From assembly GCA_963813485.1 (NCBI GenBank), contig CAWEZE010000017.1, positions 1,919 through 65,918 of the forward strand: DNA of 64,000 nt, given 5' to 3'. The translations under genes were made by a program, and so were the position numbers. Shown piece by piece: positions 1-11,232 of this stretch; within the stretch, counting starts at the first letter, position 1; the number at the start of each line of letters is the position of its first letter. The notes beneath the pieces are model-generated. The model was not told the DNA's origin. It saw only the letters and a list, made by a program, of their open reading frames with translations, and did not search any database. This DNA is from an uncultured bacterium. GTDB taxonomy: Bacteria > Actinomycetota > Acidimicrobiia > Acidimicrobiales > VFJN01.

Positions 1-27
1 AACCAGGTGGCGGCGCAGCGCTCGTGA
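1..27 (+). CDS. atpF: ATP synthase subunit b, 3' end only (partial at window edge)
   Basis: Frame 1 reads NQVAAQRS then TGA at 25-27. It lies directly upstream of atpH in canonical atp operon order. Too short to confirm by sequence. Confidence 0.3.
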   Translation, partial: NQVAAQRS

Positions 28-145
28 GGGCGGGCGCCACCACTCGCTGCCAGAGGCCAAAAAGAACCCCTCGGAATTTGGCCCCCTTCTTCCCCCCAAA
101 ACACACCCACCCGGCCCCCCCCACTTTCTTAGGAGCAACGCCAAG

Positions 146-673
146 ATGGCAGAAGACCGCACGCTCGCTTACGCCGAGGCCCTCTTCGAGGTTGCCCGCG
201 CCGAGGGATCCCTCGGCGAGGTGGAGGACGAGCTGTTCCGCTTCTCGCAGACCCTGCAGGGCGACGACGAGCTGCGGAGTGCGCTCACCGACGCCGGCAT
301 CCCGGCGGCCCGGCGCCAGCAGATCGTCGAGGACCTGCTGGGCGGCAAAGCGTCGCCGACCAGCGTGGCGCTGGTGTCGATGGTCGTCGGCACCGGCCGG
401 GCCCGCGAGCTGCCCAGCATCATCCAGTTACTGGTGGAGATGAGCGCGGCCGAGGCCAACAAGGAGGTCGCCGAGGTGCGCTCGGCGGTACCGCTCACGG
501 ACGACCAGCGCGCGCGGCTGGCCAAGGCCCTCGAGGACGCCACGGGCAAGCAGGTCGAGATCAAGGTGGTGGTGGATCCGTCGGTGCTGGGCGGAATCGT
601 GACCCAGGTTGGCGACACTGTCATCGACGGGTCGGTGCGTCACCGGCTCGACCAGCTGAAGAACGCATTCTAG
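146..673 (+). CDS. atpH: F1Fo ATP synthase subunit delta (OSCP)
   Basis: 175-aa ORF immediately upstream of atpA. Delta/OSCP-like C-terminus (VVDPSVLGGIVTQVGDTVIDGSVRHRLDQL). Confidence 0.9.
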   Translation: MAEDRTLAYAEALFEVARAEGSLGEVEDELFRFSQTLQGDDELRSALTDAGIPAARRQQIVEDLLGGKASPTSVALVSMVVGTGRARELPSIIQLLVEMSAAEANKEVAEVRSAVPLTDDQRARLAKALEDATGKQVEIKVVVDPSVLGGIVTQVGDTVIDGSVRHRLDQLKNAF

Positions 674-691
674 GACGCGAGGACAACACCG

Positions 692-2326
692 ATGGCAGAG
701 CTGACCATCAACACCGCCGACATCGCCGAGGCGCTCCGCAAGAACCTCGAGGACTTCAAGCCCGGCGTCGAGACCGCCCAGGTGGGGCAGATCACCGTGG
801 TGGGCGACGGCATTGCCACCGTGGCGGGCCTGCCCGGCGCGGCGGTCAACGAGCTGCTCGAGTTCGAGAGCGGTGTCCTAGGACTGGCCCTCAACCTCGA
901 CGAGGAGTCAATCGGCTGCGTGGTGCTTGGCGACGCCGCCGAGGTGAGGGAGGGCGAGTTGGTCAAGGCGACCGGCCGCATCCTGTCGGTGCCCGTCGGC
1001 GACGGTCTGCTCGGGCGGGTGGTCGACGCGCTCGGCAGCCCCATCGACGGCAAGGGCGCGCTGGTGGGCGTCGAGGACCGCCGCATGGAGATCCAGGCGC
1101 CCGGCATCATGGGCCGCCAGCCGGTGCACGAGCCGCTGCAGACCGGCATCAAGGCGATCGACGCCATGACCCCTATCGGGCGTGGTCAGCGCGAGCTGAT
1201 CATCGGCGACCGCAAGACCGGCAAGACCACCGTGGCTGTCGACACGATCATCAACCAGCGTGGCCTGGGCATGAAGTGCATATACGTGGCGATCGGCCAG
1301 AAGGAGTCGACGGTGGCCAACACCGTTTCGACCTTCGAGCAGTACGGGGCCCTGGACTACACGGTGGTGGTGGTGGCCGGCGCCTCCGACCCCGCGCCGT
1401 TCAAGTACCTGGCGCCGTATGCCGGGTGCGCCATGGGCCAGCACTGGATGGAGAACCGCGAGCACGCCCTCGTGGTCTACGACGACCTGTCCAAGCAGGC
1501 CGAGGCCTACCGGCAGATCTCGCTGCTGCTGCGGCGGCCGCCGGGCCGCGAGGCCTACCCGGGCGATGTGTTCTACCTGCACAGCCGGTTGCTCGAGCGC
1601 GCCGCCAAGCTGTCCGAGGAGAAGGGCGCCGGCTCGCTGACCGCGCTGCCGGTCATCGAGACCAAGGCCGGTGACATCTCGGCCTACATCCCCACCAACG
1701 TGATCTCCATCACCGACGGCCAGATCTACCTGCAGGATGACCTGTTCAAGTCGGGTGTGCGGCCCGCGTTCGACACCGGCCTGTCGGTGTCCCGGGTGGG
1801 CGGCAATGCCCAGGTCAAGGCCATGAAGACGGCTGTGGGCACGCTCAAGGGTGACCTGTCGCAGTTCCGAGAGCTCGAGTCGTTCGCGGCCTATGGCTCC
1901 GAGCTCGACAAGGTGTCACAGGCCCAGCTCGACCGCGGCTACCGGCTCGTCGAGCTGCTCAAGCAACCGCTCAACAGCCCCATGCCGGTCGAGGAGCAGG
2001 TCGTGTCGCTCTATGCAGCCACCAACGGCTACCTCGACCCCGTGCCGGTCGAGGAGGTGCGGCGGTTCGAGTCCGAGCTGATCGACTGGTTCGAGACCCG
2101 GCACCGCGACGTCCTCGATGCCATCCGCACCGACGGCGACATCCCCGACGTCGAGACCTTCGAGGCGGCGATCGCCGCGTTCCGCGACCAGTTCGAGGTC
2201 GGCGGCGTCGCCCTCGGTGAGCCGACCGCCGAGGCGCAGGGGGCCGAGGAGCGCGAGATGGCGGGTGGGCGCCGCGAGGGCATCCTGCCGGAAGAGGAGA
2301 TCTCCCGAGACGAGGCCGAGGCGTAG
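692..2326 (+). CDS. atpA: F1Fo ATP synthase subunit alpha
   Basis: 544 aa. Walker A GDRKTGKT. Strongly alpha-like throughout. Carries an acidic tail of about 40 aa beyond the conserved end. Confidence 0.97.
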   Translation: MAELTINTADIAEALRKNLEDFKPGVETAQVGQITVVGDGIATVAGLPGAAVNELLEFESGVLGLALNLDEESIGCVVLGDAAEVREGELVKATGRILSVPVGDGLLGRVVDALGSPIDGKGALVGVEDRRMEIQAPGIMGRQPVHEPLQTGIKAIDAMTPIGRGQRELIIGDRKTGKTTVAVDTIINQRGLGMKCIYVAIGQKESTVANTVSTFEQYGALDYTVVVVAGASDPAPFKYLAPYAGCAMGQHWMENREHALVVYDDLSKQAEAYRQISLLLRRPPGREAYPGDVFYLHSRLLERAAKLSEEKGAGSLTALPVIETKAGDISAYIPTNVISITDGQIYLQDDLFKSGVRPAFDTGLSVSRVGGNAQVKAMKTAVGTLKGDLSQFRELESFAAYGSELDKVSQAQLDRGYRLVELLKQPLNSPMPVEEQVVSLYAATNGYLDPVPVEEVRRFESELIDWFETRHRDVLDAIRTDGDIPDVETFEAAIAAFRDQFEVGGVALGEPTAEAQGAEEREMAGGRREGILPEEEISRDEAEA

Positions 2327-3294
2327 TGGCCGGGGGACAGGAGCGGGCGCTGCGGCGACGTATCCGGAGCGTCCAGTCGACCATGAAGATCACGAGAGCG
2401 ATGGAGCTGATCGCTGCCACGCGCGTAACGGCGGCCAACCAACGGGTCGCCGCGGCGCGGCCCTACAGCGAGTACATCACCAACGTGATCCAGAACCTTG
2501 CCGACCTCGGCGGGGTCGTCGACCACCCGCTCCTGCGGCCCGTGGAGAACCTCCGCAAGGTCGCCTTCGTGGTCATCACCAGCGACCGTGGGCTGGCCGG
2601 TCCCTACAACACCAGCGTCATCCGCGCTGCCGAGCGCGAGATCCAGGGTCGCCGGGCCGAGGGCGCCGACTACTCCCTGGTGCTCGTGGGAAAGAAGGCC
2701 GAGAGCTACTTCCGGTTCCGCGGCTACCAGATCGACGCCGCCTTCACCGGGATGAGCGACAGGCCGACCTACGAGAACGCCCGCGAGGTGGCCACGGTGG
2801 TGCGACGGGCCTTTGAGGAGGGGGACGTCGACGAGGTCCTGCTCATCTACACCCGCTTCCTGTCCGTGGCGTCCCAGCGGGTGGTCGTCCGCCAGTTCAT
2901 GCCGCTGACTGGTGTCGGGGCCGAGGAGCCGTCCGCGGGACCCCACGCCGACTACGAGTTCGAACCGGCTCCGGATGAGATCCTCTCGCGCCTACTCCCG
3001 CGCTACGTCGAGGCGCGCCTGTACGCCGCCATGCTCGATGCCGCCGCCTCCGAGCATGCCGCCCGCCAGCGGGCCATGAAGGCGGCCACCGACAACGCCG
3101 AGGAGCTGATCACGAAGTACAGCCGGGCCATGAACCGGGCCCGCCAGGACGCCATCACTACCGAGATCATGGACATCGTGGGCGGCGCCGAAGCGATGCG
3201 CGCCGCCAAGGTTACCGGCGGCGACCTGCTGGTGGACCACGCGCTCATGTCCGCCGACGTCCTGTCCGACCGCCTCGAATCCTCCCGTTCGTAG
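2326..3294 (+). CDS. atpG: F1Fo ATP synthase subunit gamma
   Basis: 322 aa. GTG start overlaps the atpA TAG by 1 nt. Gamma-type termini (RRRIRSVQSTMKITRAMELIAA ... ITTEIMDIVGGAEA). Confidence 0.95.
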   Translation: MAGGQERALRRRIRSVQSTMKITRAMELIAATRVTAANQRVAAARPYSEYITNVIQNLADLGGVVDHPLLRPVENLRKVAFVVITSDRGLAGPYNTSVIRAAEREIQGRRAEGADYSLVLVGKKAESYFRFRGYQIDAAFTGMSDRPTYENAREVATVVRRAFEEGDVDEVLLIYTRFLSVASQRVVVRQFMPLTGVGAEEPSAGPHADYEFEPAPDEILSRLLPRYVEARLYAAMLDAAASEHAARQRAMKAATDNAEELITKYSRAMNRARQDAITTEIMDIVGGAEAMRAAKVTGGDLLVDHALMSADVLSDRLESSRS

Positions 3295-4767
<1,473 letters not shown>

Positions 4768-4783
4768 CGGTGGGGAGCCCCTC

Positions 4784-5182
4784 GTGACGCTCCAGGTCGA
4801 GCTGGTATCGCCCGAGCGCGTCCTCTACTCGGGCGAGGCCGACATGGTGATCGCCCGCACGGTCGGCGGCGGCGAGCTCGCCTTCCTCACCGGGCACGCA
4901 CCCTTCCTGGGCGCGCTCGACATCGCCACGGTCACCGTCAGATCGTCGTCAGGCGACGAGGTGGTGGCGGTGCACGGCGGGTTCGTGGAGGTCTCCAACG
5001 ACCGGGTGACGATCCTGTCGGACGTCGCCGAGCTGGGGAGCCAGATCGACGTCGAGCGGGCCCGGCGGTCCGCCGAGGAGGCCGAGCACCGTCTGCGGCA
5101 GGCCGACGACGCCGAAGCCGAGGCCACCGTCCGGCGTGCCCACGTCCGGATGGCCGCCGCGGGCGGCGCTCGTGGTGTCTGA
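4784..5182 (+). CDS. atpC: F1Fo ATP synthase subunit epsilon
   Basis: 132 aa directly after atpD. Epsilon-like N-terminal beta-sandwich sequence (LQVELVSPERVLYSGEA). Confidence 0.9.
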   Translation: MTLQVELVSPERVLYSGEADMVIARTVGGGELAFLTGHAPFLGALDIATVTVRSSSGDEVVAVHGGFVEVSNDRVTILSDVAELGSQIDVERARRSAEEAEHRLRQADDAEAEATVRRAHVRMAAAGGARGV

Positions 5183-5206
5183 GCCCGTCCATCGCCGGCT
5201 GCGATC

Positions 5207-5225
5207 CTCGAGGCAATAGGTTCCA
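5207..5225. repeat. Isolated copy of the CGAGGCAATA-GGNNCC motif that is present four times at 38408-38509
   Basis: ctcgaggcaataggttccacc in the atpC-lipase spacer matches the 38.4-kb repeat unit (cgaggcaata + ggNcc). Confidence 0.5.
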
Positions 5226-5262
5226 CCGCGGCAAGCCCGAATCGAGAAGAATCGTCCTCGAT

Positions 5263-6543
5263 GTGACGGAACGTAGCGCCTCGGGAAAACTGGCGGCCGT
5301 GGGTAGGAGGATGCGCAGATCGGTTGGGTTGCTCGTGCTCGCCGGGCTGATCGCGGCGTGCTCCGGGGGCTCGGACGGATCCGGAGGGTCGGATGAGTCG
5401 GGCGCCGCCGACGACGAGTCGGCGGCGGCCGCGGAGCGCCAGCCCGAGGAGTTCGACGGCGGCGACTTCTACGCCGCGCCCGACCCGGTGCCCGACGACG
5501 AGCACGGCACGCTGGTGCGCTACCAGCAGGTCGATGGCCTCGACGTGGGCGGCGCAACCGCCTGGCGGATCATGTACGTGTCGGAGTCGCTCGAGGGCGA
5601 GCCGATCGTGGTGACCGGGATGGCGCTGGTGCCGCCCGGCGACGCGCCGGCCGGGGGCCGTCCGGTGCTGACGATCGCCCACGGGACCAGCGGCATCGCC
5701 GACGAGTGCGCCCCGTCGAAGCACCCGGTGGCCACGGAGCTGTCCCTCATGGGACCGTTCATCGATGCCGGCTACCTCGTCGTGCTGAGCGACTACGAGG
5801 GGCTGGGAACCCCGGGCCGCCATCCCTACCTGGTGGGCGAGAGCGAGGGCCGGGGCGTGCTCGACGGCGCCCTCGCCGCCCGCCAGCTCCCCGACGCCGA
5901 GGCCGGGGACCAGCTCTCGATCTTCGGGTACTCGCAGGGCGGTCACGGCGCACTGTGGGCGGGCCAGCTGGCGGCCGACTGGGCGCCGGACTATGAGCTG
6001 GTCGGCACCGTGGCCGGCGCACCGGCCACCGAGCTGCCCACCATCTTCAGTGCCGCCGGGTCGCTGCCGATCGCCGGGTTCCTCTACATGATCATCGCCG
6101 GGTTCGCCGAGGCCTATCCCGAGGCCGATCCCGGGCTGGTGCTCACCCCCGCGGGCGAGGCGGAGCTGCCGCAGGTGGACCAGGGCTGCGTCAGAGAGGT
6201 GATCGAGCATTTCGCGGTCACTCCCAACGCCGAGCTCCTGAAGCCCGGGCTTGCAGAGGTGGAGCCGTGGGCAGACCTGGAAGCCGCCAACGACCCTGGG
6301 CGCGTGGCGACCGACAGCCCGATCCTGATCGTGCACAGCGCCGCCGACGACGTCGTGCCGGCCACGCTGAGCCAGGTGCTGGTCCAGCGCATGTGCGCCG
6401 AGGGCCAGGTCGTCGAACGCCGGGTCTACGACAAGGGTCAGGGTCACGTCGAGGCGGTGCCCGACGCCGTGAGCGACGCCTTCGAGTGGCTGCAGCGGCT
6501 TGCCGCCGGTGACGAGCCGGTGTCGACCTGCGCCGCCGGCTGA
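5263..6543 (+). CDS. Secreted lipase/esterase (LIP-type alpha/beta hydrolase), probable lipoprotein
   Basis: 426 aa. Nucleophile elbow GYSQGG. Signal plus lipobox (LVLAGLIAACSGG). An alternative start at 5311 (MRRSVGLL) is possible. Confidence 0.75.
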   Translation: MTERSASGKLAAVGRRMRRSVGLLVLAGLIAACSGGSDGSGGSDESGAADDESAAAAERQPEEFDGGDFYAAPDPVPDDEHGTLVRYQQVDGLDVGGATAWRIMYVSESLEGEPIVVTGMALVPPGDAPAGGRPVLTIAHGTSGIADECAPSKHPVATELSLMGPFIDAGYLVVLSDYEGLGTPGRHPYLVGESEGRGVLDGALAARQLPDAEAGDQLSIFGYSQGGHGALWAGQLAADWAPDYELVGTVAGAPATELPTIFSAAGSLPIAGFLYMIIAGFAEAYPEADPGLVLTPAGEAELPQVDQGCVREVIEHFAVTPNAELLKPGLAEVEPWADLEAANDPGRVATDSPILIVHSAADDVVPATLSQVLVQRMCAEGQVVERRVYDKGQGHVEAVPDAVSDAFEWLQRLAAGDEPVSTCAAG

Positions 6544-6556
6544 GGAGCGAGCGCCG

Positions 6557-7090
6557 ATGCCCCGACGCCGGTTGGGGGTCGTGTTGCTGCTGCCCGACCC
6601 GGCGGCGACCGAGGTGGACGGCCTCCGGCGGGCGCTGGGCGACGGCTCGCTCGGGCGCATCCCGGCCCATCTCACCCTCGTTCCGCCGGTCAACGTCCGA
6701 GGGGACGACATGGCGGCGGCCCTCGACCTCCTCCGGCAGGCCGCGACGCAGACCCGCCCGTTGGACCTGCGGCTCGGCCCGGCCACCACGTTCCATCCGA
6801 TAACGCCGGTGGTCTACCTGGGCGTCCACGGCGACGTCGCCGCGCTGCACGCGCTCCGGGGTCGCATCTTCCACCCGCCGCTGGAGCGCCCGCTGACGCG
6901 GGCGTTCGTCCCCCACGTCACGCTGGCCGACGAGTTCGACGCGGACCGCATCCCGGCCGCGGTGTCCGCGCTGGCGGACTACGTCGTCGACGTGCGCTTC
7001 GAGGCGGTGCACCTGCTCGAGGAGGGACGCGGCCGGGTGTGGCGGCCGATCGCCGATGCGAGGTTCAGCACCCGCTGGCTACCCGGGTGA
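6557..7090 (+). CDS. 2H phosphoesterase superfamily protein (LigT / 2'-5' RNA ligase-like)
   Basis: Two H-x-T-x motifs (HLTLVPP and HVTLADE) at the spacing typical of 2H enzymes. ATG at 6557 chosen over the listed 6500 start, which overlaps the lipase gene. Confidence 0.7.
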   Translation: MPRRRLGVVLLLPDPAATEVDGLRRALGDGSLGRIPAHLTLVPPVNVRGDDMAAALDLLRQAATQTRPLDLRLGPATTFHPITPVVYLGVHGDVAALHALRGRIFHPPLERPLTRAFVPHVTLADEFDADRIPAAVSALADYVVDVRFEAVHLLEEGRGRVWRPIADARFSTRWLPG

Positions 7091-7108
7091 GGTCTACGCT
7101 GCCCGGCC

Positions 7109-7924
7109 ATGCCCGATACCTCGCCGCGGTCCACCGGCTGGCGCACCGCACTGGTCACCGGGGCGTCGTCGGGGATCGGCGCCGCGCTGGCCCGCCAGCT
7201 CGCCGCCGACGGCACCGACCTCGTCGTCGTGGCCCGGGACAAGGCCCGCCTCGACGCCCTCGCCGCCGAGCTGGGCGGCGCGGGGCGTGCCGGCGGCGAT
7301 GTCGCCGTCGAGGTGCTGCCGGCGGACCTGGCCGACGAGACGTCGCTGGCGGCGGTCGAAGCCCGCGTGGCGGACGCGGAGAGGGCCATCGACCTGCTGG
7401 TGAACAGCGCCGGGTTCGGCACCTACGGCCCGTTCGTCGACGCCGACATCGACACCGAGACGCAGGAGATCGCCGTCAACGTGACTGCGCTGGTGCGGCT
7501 CACCCACGCGGCAATGCGGGCCATGGTTCCACGGGCCCGTGGGGGGATCATGAACATCTCGTCGATGGCGGCGCTCCAGGCCACCCCCGGCAACGCCACC
7601 TATGGGGCGACCAAGGGGTTCGTGGCGATGTTCGGCGAGGCGGTGTCGAGCGAGCTCGCCGGCACCGGCGTGACGGTCACGACCGTGCTCCCCGGGTTCA
7701 CCCACTCCGAGTTCCACGAGCGGGCCGGCGTCGAGCCCCGGCGCCCCCTGGGGATGCCGTGGCAGTCGGCCGACGACTGCGCCGCCGAGGCGCTGGCCGC
7801 GGCCCACGCCGGCAAGTCGTGGGTCGTCACCGGCAGGGTCAACAAGGTCGCGGCCGCAGCCGCAGGACCGGTGCCCCGCGGCGTCCGCCGGTGGGCCGCG
7901 GCCCGCATCGCCAGCCACATGTGA
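7109..7924 (+). CDS. Short-chain dehydrogenase/reductase (SDR)
   Basis: TGASSGIGAALA cofactor motif and YGATK catalytic motif. 271 aa. Confidence 0.85.
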   Translation: MPDTSPRSTGWRTALVTGASSGIGAALARQLAADGTDLVVVARDKARLDALAAELGGAGRAGGDVAVEVLPADLADETSLAAVEARVADAERAIDLLVNSAGFGTYGPFVDADIDTETQEIAVNVTALVRLTHAAMRAMVPRARGGIMNISSMAALQATPGNATYGATKGFVAMFGEAVSSELAGTGVTVTTVLPGFTHSEFHERAGVEPRRPLGMPWQSADDCAAEALAAAHAGKSWVVTGRVNKVAAAAAGPVPRGVRRWAAARIASHM

Positions 7925-7954
7925 GCCCGGCGCGCGGGCCCTCGCGCGAAGGAC

Positions 7955-8947
7955 TCAGGCGAAGTCGATCGAGGCGAAGTGGGCCAGCTTCGAGAGCTTG
8001 TGCTGGGCGCTGATGAGGCGGACGGTTCCCGACTTGGAACGCATGACCAGCGACTGGGTCGACGCGCCCTGGTTGTTGTAGTGGACGCCCCGCAGCACCT
8101 CGCCGTCGGTGATGCCGGTCACCGCGAAGAAGCAATTGTCGCCGCCCACGAGATCGTCGGTGGCCAGCACCTGGTCGAGGTCGTATCCCTGCGCGATCGC
8201 GGCCTGGCGTTCCTCGTCGTTGCGCGGCCAGAGGCGGCCCTGGATCTCGCCGCCCATGCACTTCATCGCCGTGGCGGCGATCACGCCCTCCGGGGTACCG
8301 CCGATGCCGAACAGCACGTCGGCACCCGACTCGGGCCAGGCGGTCGACACGGCGCCGATCACGTCCCCGTCCTGGATGAGCCGGATCCGGGCTCCGGCGG
8401 CCCGCACCTCGGCGATGAGATCGCCATGGCGCTCGCGATCGAGGATGACGGCCGTGACGTCCCGCACCGACTCGCCCTTCGCCCGGGCCACCGCCTGGAG
8501 GTTCTCCGTGGCTGACTTGGTGATATCGATGGCGCCGGCCGACTCCTGGCCGACGGCGATCTTCTCCATGTAGACGCAGGGGCCGGGGTTGAACATCGTC
8601 CCCCGTTCCGACACGGCGATCACCGAGATGGCGTTGCCCCGCCCCAGGGCGGTGAGCGTCGTGCCCTCGACCGGGTCGACGGCGATGTCGGTGAGTGGCC
8701 CGGTGCCGTCGCCGATCGTCTCGCCGTTGTAGAGCATCGGGGCTTCGTCCTTCTCGCCTTCGCCGATCACCACGATGCCGTCCATGGGAACGCCGTCGAG
8801 CACGATGCGCATGGCGTCGACCGCAGCGCCGTCGGCGCCGTTCTTGTCGCCTCGGCCCATCCACCGCGACGCGGCGAGCGCCGCCGCCTCGGTGACCCGC
8901 ACCAGCTCGAGGGCAAGGTTGCGGTCGGGTGGCTGCCTGGTGGCCAT
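7955..8947 (-). CDS. glpX: Fructose-1,6-bisphosphatase class II
   Basis: 330 aa, near full-length resemblance to actinobacterial GlpX ([30 protein letters not shown] ... MRSKSGTVR). Confidence 0.93.
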   Translation of the reverse strand: MATRQPPDRNLALELVRVTEAAALAASRWMGRGDKNGADGAAVDAMRIVLDGVPMDGIVVIGEGEKDEAPMLYNGETIGDGTGPLTDIAVDPVEGTTLTALGRGNAISVIAVSERGTMFNPGPCVYMEKIAVGQESAGAIDITKSATENLQAVARAKGESVRDVTAVILDRERHGDLIAEVRAAGARIRLIQDGDVIGAVSTAWPESGADVLFGIGGTPEGVIAATAMKCMGGEIQGRLWPRNDEERQAAIAQGYDLDQVLATDDLVGGDNCFFAVTGITDGEVLRGVHYNNQGASTQSLVMRSKSGTVRLISAQHKLSKLAHFASIDFA

Positions 8948-8968
8948 GCGGGGAAGATAGTCGCCTGG

Positions 8969-9799
8969 TTGAATGGGTTCGTGGGCCAGCTTTCCGACCC
9001 GTATGAGCAGGCCGAGGACGAGGGCCTCGGCATCACCATCTCGGGACTACCGGGCGAGCTCGACGAGCCGGATCCCGATGCCGACGCGGTGCCCGGCAGC
9101 GAGCCCGAGGCCGGCGACGCAACCGACACCGAGGTCGTCTACGACCTGGACGACTGGAGCGAGATCGAGCGCGGTGCCGTCACCGACCGCCTGCGCGAGG
9201 CGGGCATCCCCCACGGGTGGGAAGTCAGCTCGCTGCACGTGGCCGAGGCCGACGAGGCGGCGGTCGAGAACATCCTCGACATCGTCGAGGGCGACAGCGA
9301 GGCGGCCCTGACCCTCGACACCGAGCAGGACCAGGTCGCGTACGACCTGTCCGACTGGGACGACGATCGCCTGGCCGCGTTGGTCGACGAGCTCGACGCC
9401 GCCGGCATCGCGCACGGCTGGGACGAGGACGAGCTGTTCGTCTACGCCGCTGACGAGCAGGCCATCGACGAGTTGCTCGATCGGGTCGCCCATCCCCACG
9501 AGCTGCCACCCGAGACCGACGACGGGCCGGCCGGGGCCGAGCTGCTGGGCGAGGTGTTCGTCGCCGCCGACCGGCTGCAGCACGACCCGGACGACCACGA
9601 GGGCACCGTGTCGATGCTCGACCTCGGCCACGCGGTCGACGGAGCGGACCCGCCCTATGGCCTCGGGCCCAAGGAGTGGGACCACCTTCGGGGCCGGGTC
9701 GGCGCGCTGTGCTCGCAGCTGCGGGCGCCGAAGGTCGACGAGGACGCCGTCATCGACGCTGCCCGCGACCTCCGCAACGCCCTCCGGTCGTACGTGTGA
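8969..9799 (+). CDS. Highly acidic hypothetical protein with an internal ~50-aa duplication
   Basis: 276-aa ORF (TTG 8969 or GTG 8981 start). Two repeats: [28 protein letters not shown]... and [28 protein letters not shown]... Codon usage is consistent with coding. Confidence 0.6.
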   Translation: MNGFVGQLSDPYEQAEDEGLGITISGLPGELDEPDPDADAVPGSEPEAGDATDTEVVYDLDDWSEIERGAVTDRLREAGIPHGWEVSSLHVAEADEAAVENILDIVEGDSEAALTLDTEQDQVAYDLSDWDDDRLAALVDELDAAGIAHGWDEDELFVYAADEQAIDELLDRVAHPHELPPETDDGPAGAELLGEVFVAADRLQHDPDDHEGTVSMLDLGHAVDGADPPYGLGPKEWDHLRGRVGALCSQLRAPKVDEDAVIDAARDLRNALRSYV

Positions 9800-9807
9800 G
9801 CTTCGCT

Positions 9808-9853
9808 TCGCAACCAGAGGTTGCGACAGCAGGGGGCTCCGGCGGGAGCCTCC
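9808..9853 (+). terminator. Two adjacent GC-rich hairpins downstream of 8969..9799 (possible terminator, no U-tract)
   Basis: tcgcaacc-aga-ggttgcga (9808-9826) and ggctcc-ggcg-ggagcc (9835-9850, extendable). Confidence 0.3.
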
Positions 9854-9911
9854 GCCCCCCGCACCCCCGCCGCCTGGCGGGCCGGGCCCCCCGCACCGTT
9901 AGCATCAGCCC

Positions 9912-10622
9912 GTGATCCTGGCTGAGCTGGAGGTGTTCCACTCGCGGCCCATCGCTCCCACCCGGCGGGTGGCACTGGGGCACCGCGACCTTCCCTGCAG
10001 CCCGGCACCCGGGTTCGGCGGCATCCTGCTCGGCGGCATCGTGGCCGCCTACATCCCCGCCCTCGACCCCGAGTTGTTCGACGACCTCCATCGCCTGACC
10101 CTGCACCTCGAGGCCGGCCGCCGGATCCCCCAGCCACGGCTGCGTCATCGCCTCCAAACCGACCGGATCGGCTTGCAACGCAGCGTCCACCGGTTGCGCG
10201 GGGAGGGCGAGGACCTCGCGTTCGAGCTCGCCGACAAGGGCTCGCCCGCGCACCACATCCTGGCCGCCGTCTACGCCGCCGGCGAGCTCCCGCTCGGTCC
10301 CCGGACGCGGGTGATGGACGCGATCCGCCGGGCGATGCGCTGGACTGGGGCGATCGACGGATCCCTGGTGGCGTACCTCTCGGGCCTGAGCCGCCGCCAG
10401 GACTGGTCGGCCGACGCCTTCCGCGACCCGGTGGGCTGGGCCATCGGCGTGCTCGACCTCCGCAACGGCAACGGCAACCGGCCGGACCGCAAGGCGGTCC
10501 AGGGCCGGTTCCGCTATCTGGTCCGCCGCGCCCATCCCGACCACGGCGGCGACACCGCCGCGGCCGCCGCCCGCCTGGCTGAGCTGGCCGAGGCCCGGCG
10601 GATCCTCCTCGCCGGTGCCTAG
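9912..10622 (+). CDS. Hypothetical protein with C-terminal J domain
   Basis: 236 aa. HPD tripeptide in a J-domain-like context (RFRYLVRRAHPDHGGDTAAAAARLAELAEARRIL). Confidence 0.65.
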   Translation: MILAELEVFHSRPIAPTRRVALGHRDLPCSPAPGFGGILLGGIVAAYIPALDPELFDDLHRLTLHLEAGRRIPQPRLRHRLQTDRIGLQRSVHRLRGEGEDLAFELADKGSPAHHILAAVYAAGELPLGPRTRVMDAIRRAMRWTGAIDGSLVAYLSGLSRRQDWSADAFRDPVGWAIGVLDLRNGNGNRPDRKAVQGRFRYLVRRAHPDHGGDTAAAAARLAELAEARRILLAGA

Positions 10623-10653
10623 TGAGCCGCCCCACTAGCGGGGTACCGGCGCC

Positions 10654-11226
10654 GTGAGCGGCGCCGCGGGCGCAGGGGCGGTCCTGTTGTTCCCGGGGGC
10701 CGCCAGCGGCAGGGAGCATCCGGCGCTGGTGGCCATCGAGCGGGCGCTGGCCCCCCTTCCGGTCGCGCGGGCCGATTTCCCCTATCGGCGCGAGGGGCGC
10801 AAGGCTCCCGATCGGCCACCCAAGCTGATCGCCTGCGTACGCGACGAGGCCGCGGCCCTGGCGGACAAGGCTGGGGTCGATCCCGCGGCCGTCGTGCTGG
10901 GTGGACGATCCATGGGTGGGCGCATGTGCTCGATGGCCGTGGCCGAGGGCCTGCCCGCCGCCGGCCTCGTGCTCATCGCCTACCCACTCCACCCGCCGGG
11001 TCGCGCCGAGAAGCTGCGCGTCGAGCACTTCCCGCACATCACGGTGCCGTGCCTGTTCGTGTCCGGGACCCGCGATCCGTTCGCCGCCCCCGACGAGCTC
11101 GAAGCCCGGACCGCCGCCATCACCGGCGAGGTCACGCACGCCTGGATCGACGGTGGGCGTCATGAGCTGAAGGGCGCCGACCAGCAGGTCGCCGAGACGG
11201 TGTCGGCGTGGGTCGGCGGCCTCTGA
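10654..11226 (+). CDS. Small alpha/beta hydrolase (dienelactone hydrolase / KANL3-like predicted hydrolase)
   Basis: 190 aa. Nucleophile elbow GGRSMGG. Conserved HPPG and C-terminal H-containing segment. Confidence 0.7.
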   Translation: MSGAAGAGAVLLFPGAASGREHPALVAIERALAPLPVARADFPYRREGRKAPDRPPKLIACVRDEAAALADKAGVDPAAVVLGGRSMGGRMCSMAVAEGLPAAGLVLIAYPLHPPGRAEKLRVEHFPHITVPCLFVSGTRDPFAAPDELEARTAAITGEVTHAWIDGGRHELKGADQQVAETVSAWVGGL

Positions 11227-11232
11227 GCCCGG

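Noticed and set aside
28-145. C-rich atpF-atpH spacer (cccccttcttccccccaaaacacacccacccggccccccc) as a 6C-like small RNA.
   Set aside because: No paired stems present the C-runs in loops. Only a weak 7-bp ggccaaa/tttggcc hairpin is present. It is most simply an operon spacer carrying the atpH RBS (aggag).
4825-6789. 654-aa minus-strand ORF antisense to atpC and the lipase gene. Similar long antisense or off-frame ORFs occur at 11816..13756 (+), 15704..17533 (-), 26213..27994 (-), 26287..28782 (+), 41415..43343 (-), 9655..11163 (-) and 40364..42178 (+).
   Set aside because: Their translations are Arg/Pro/Gly/Ala-rich low-complexity strings, typical of non-coding frames in high-G+C DNA. Each overlaps a gene with clear family motifs in another frame.
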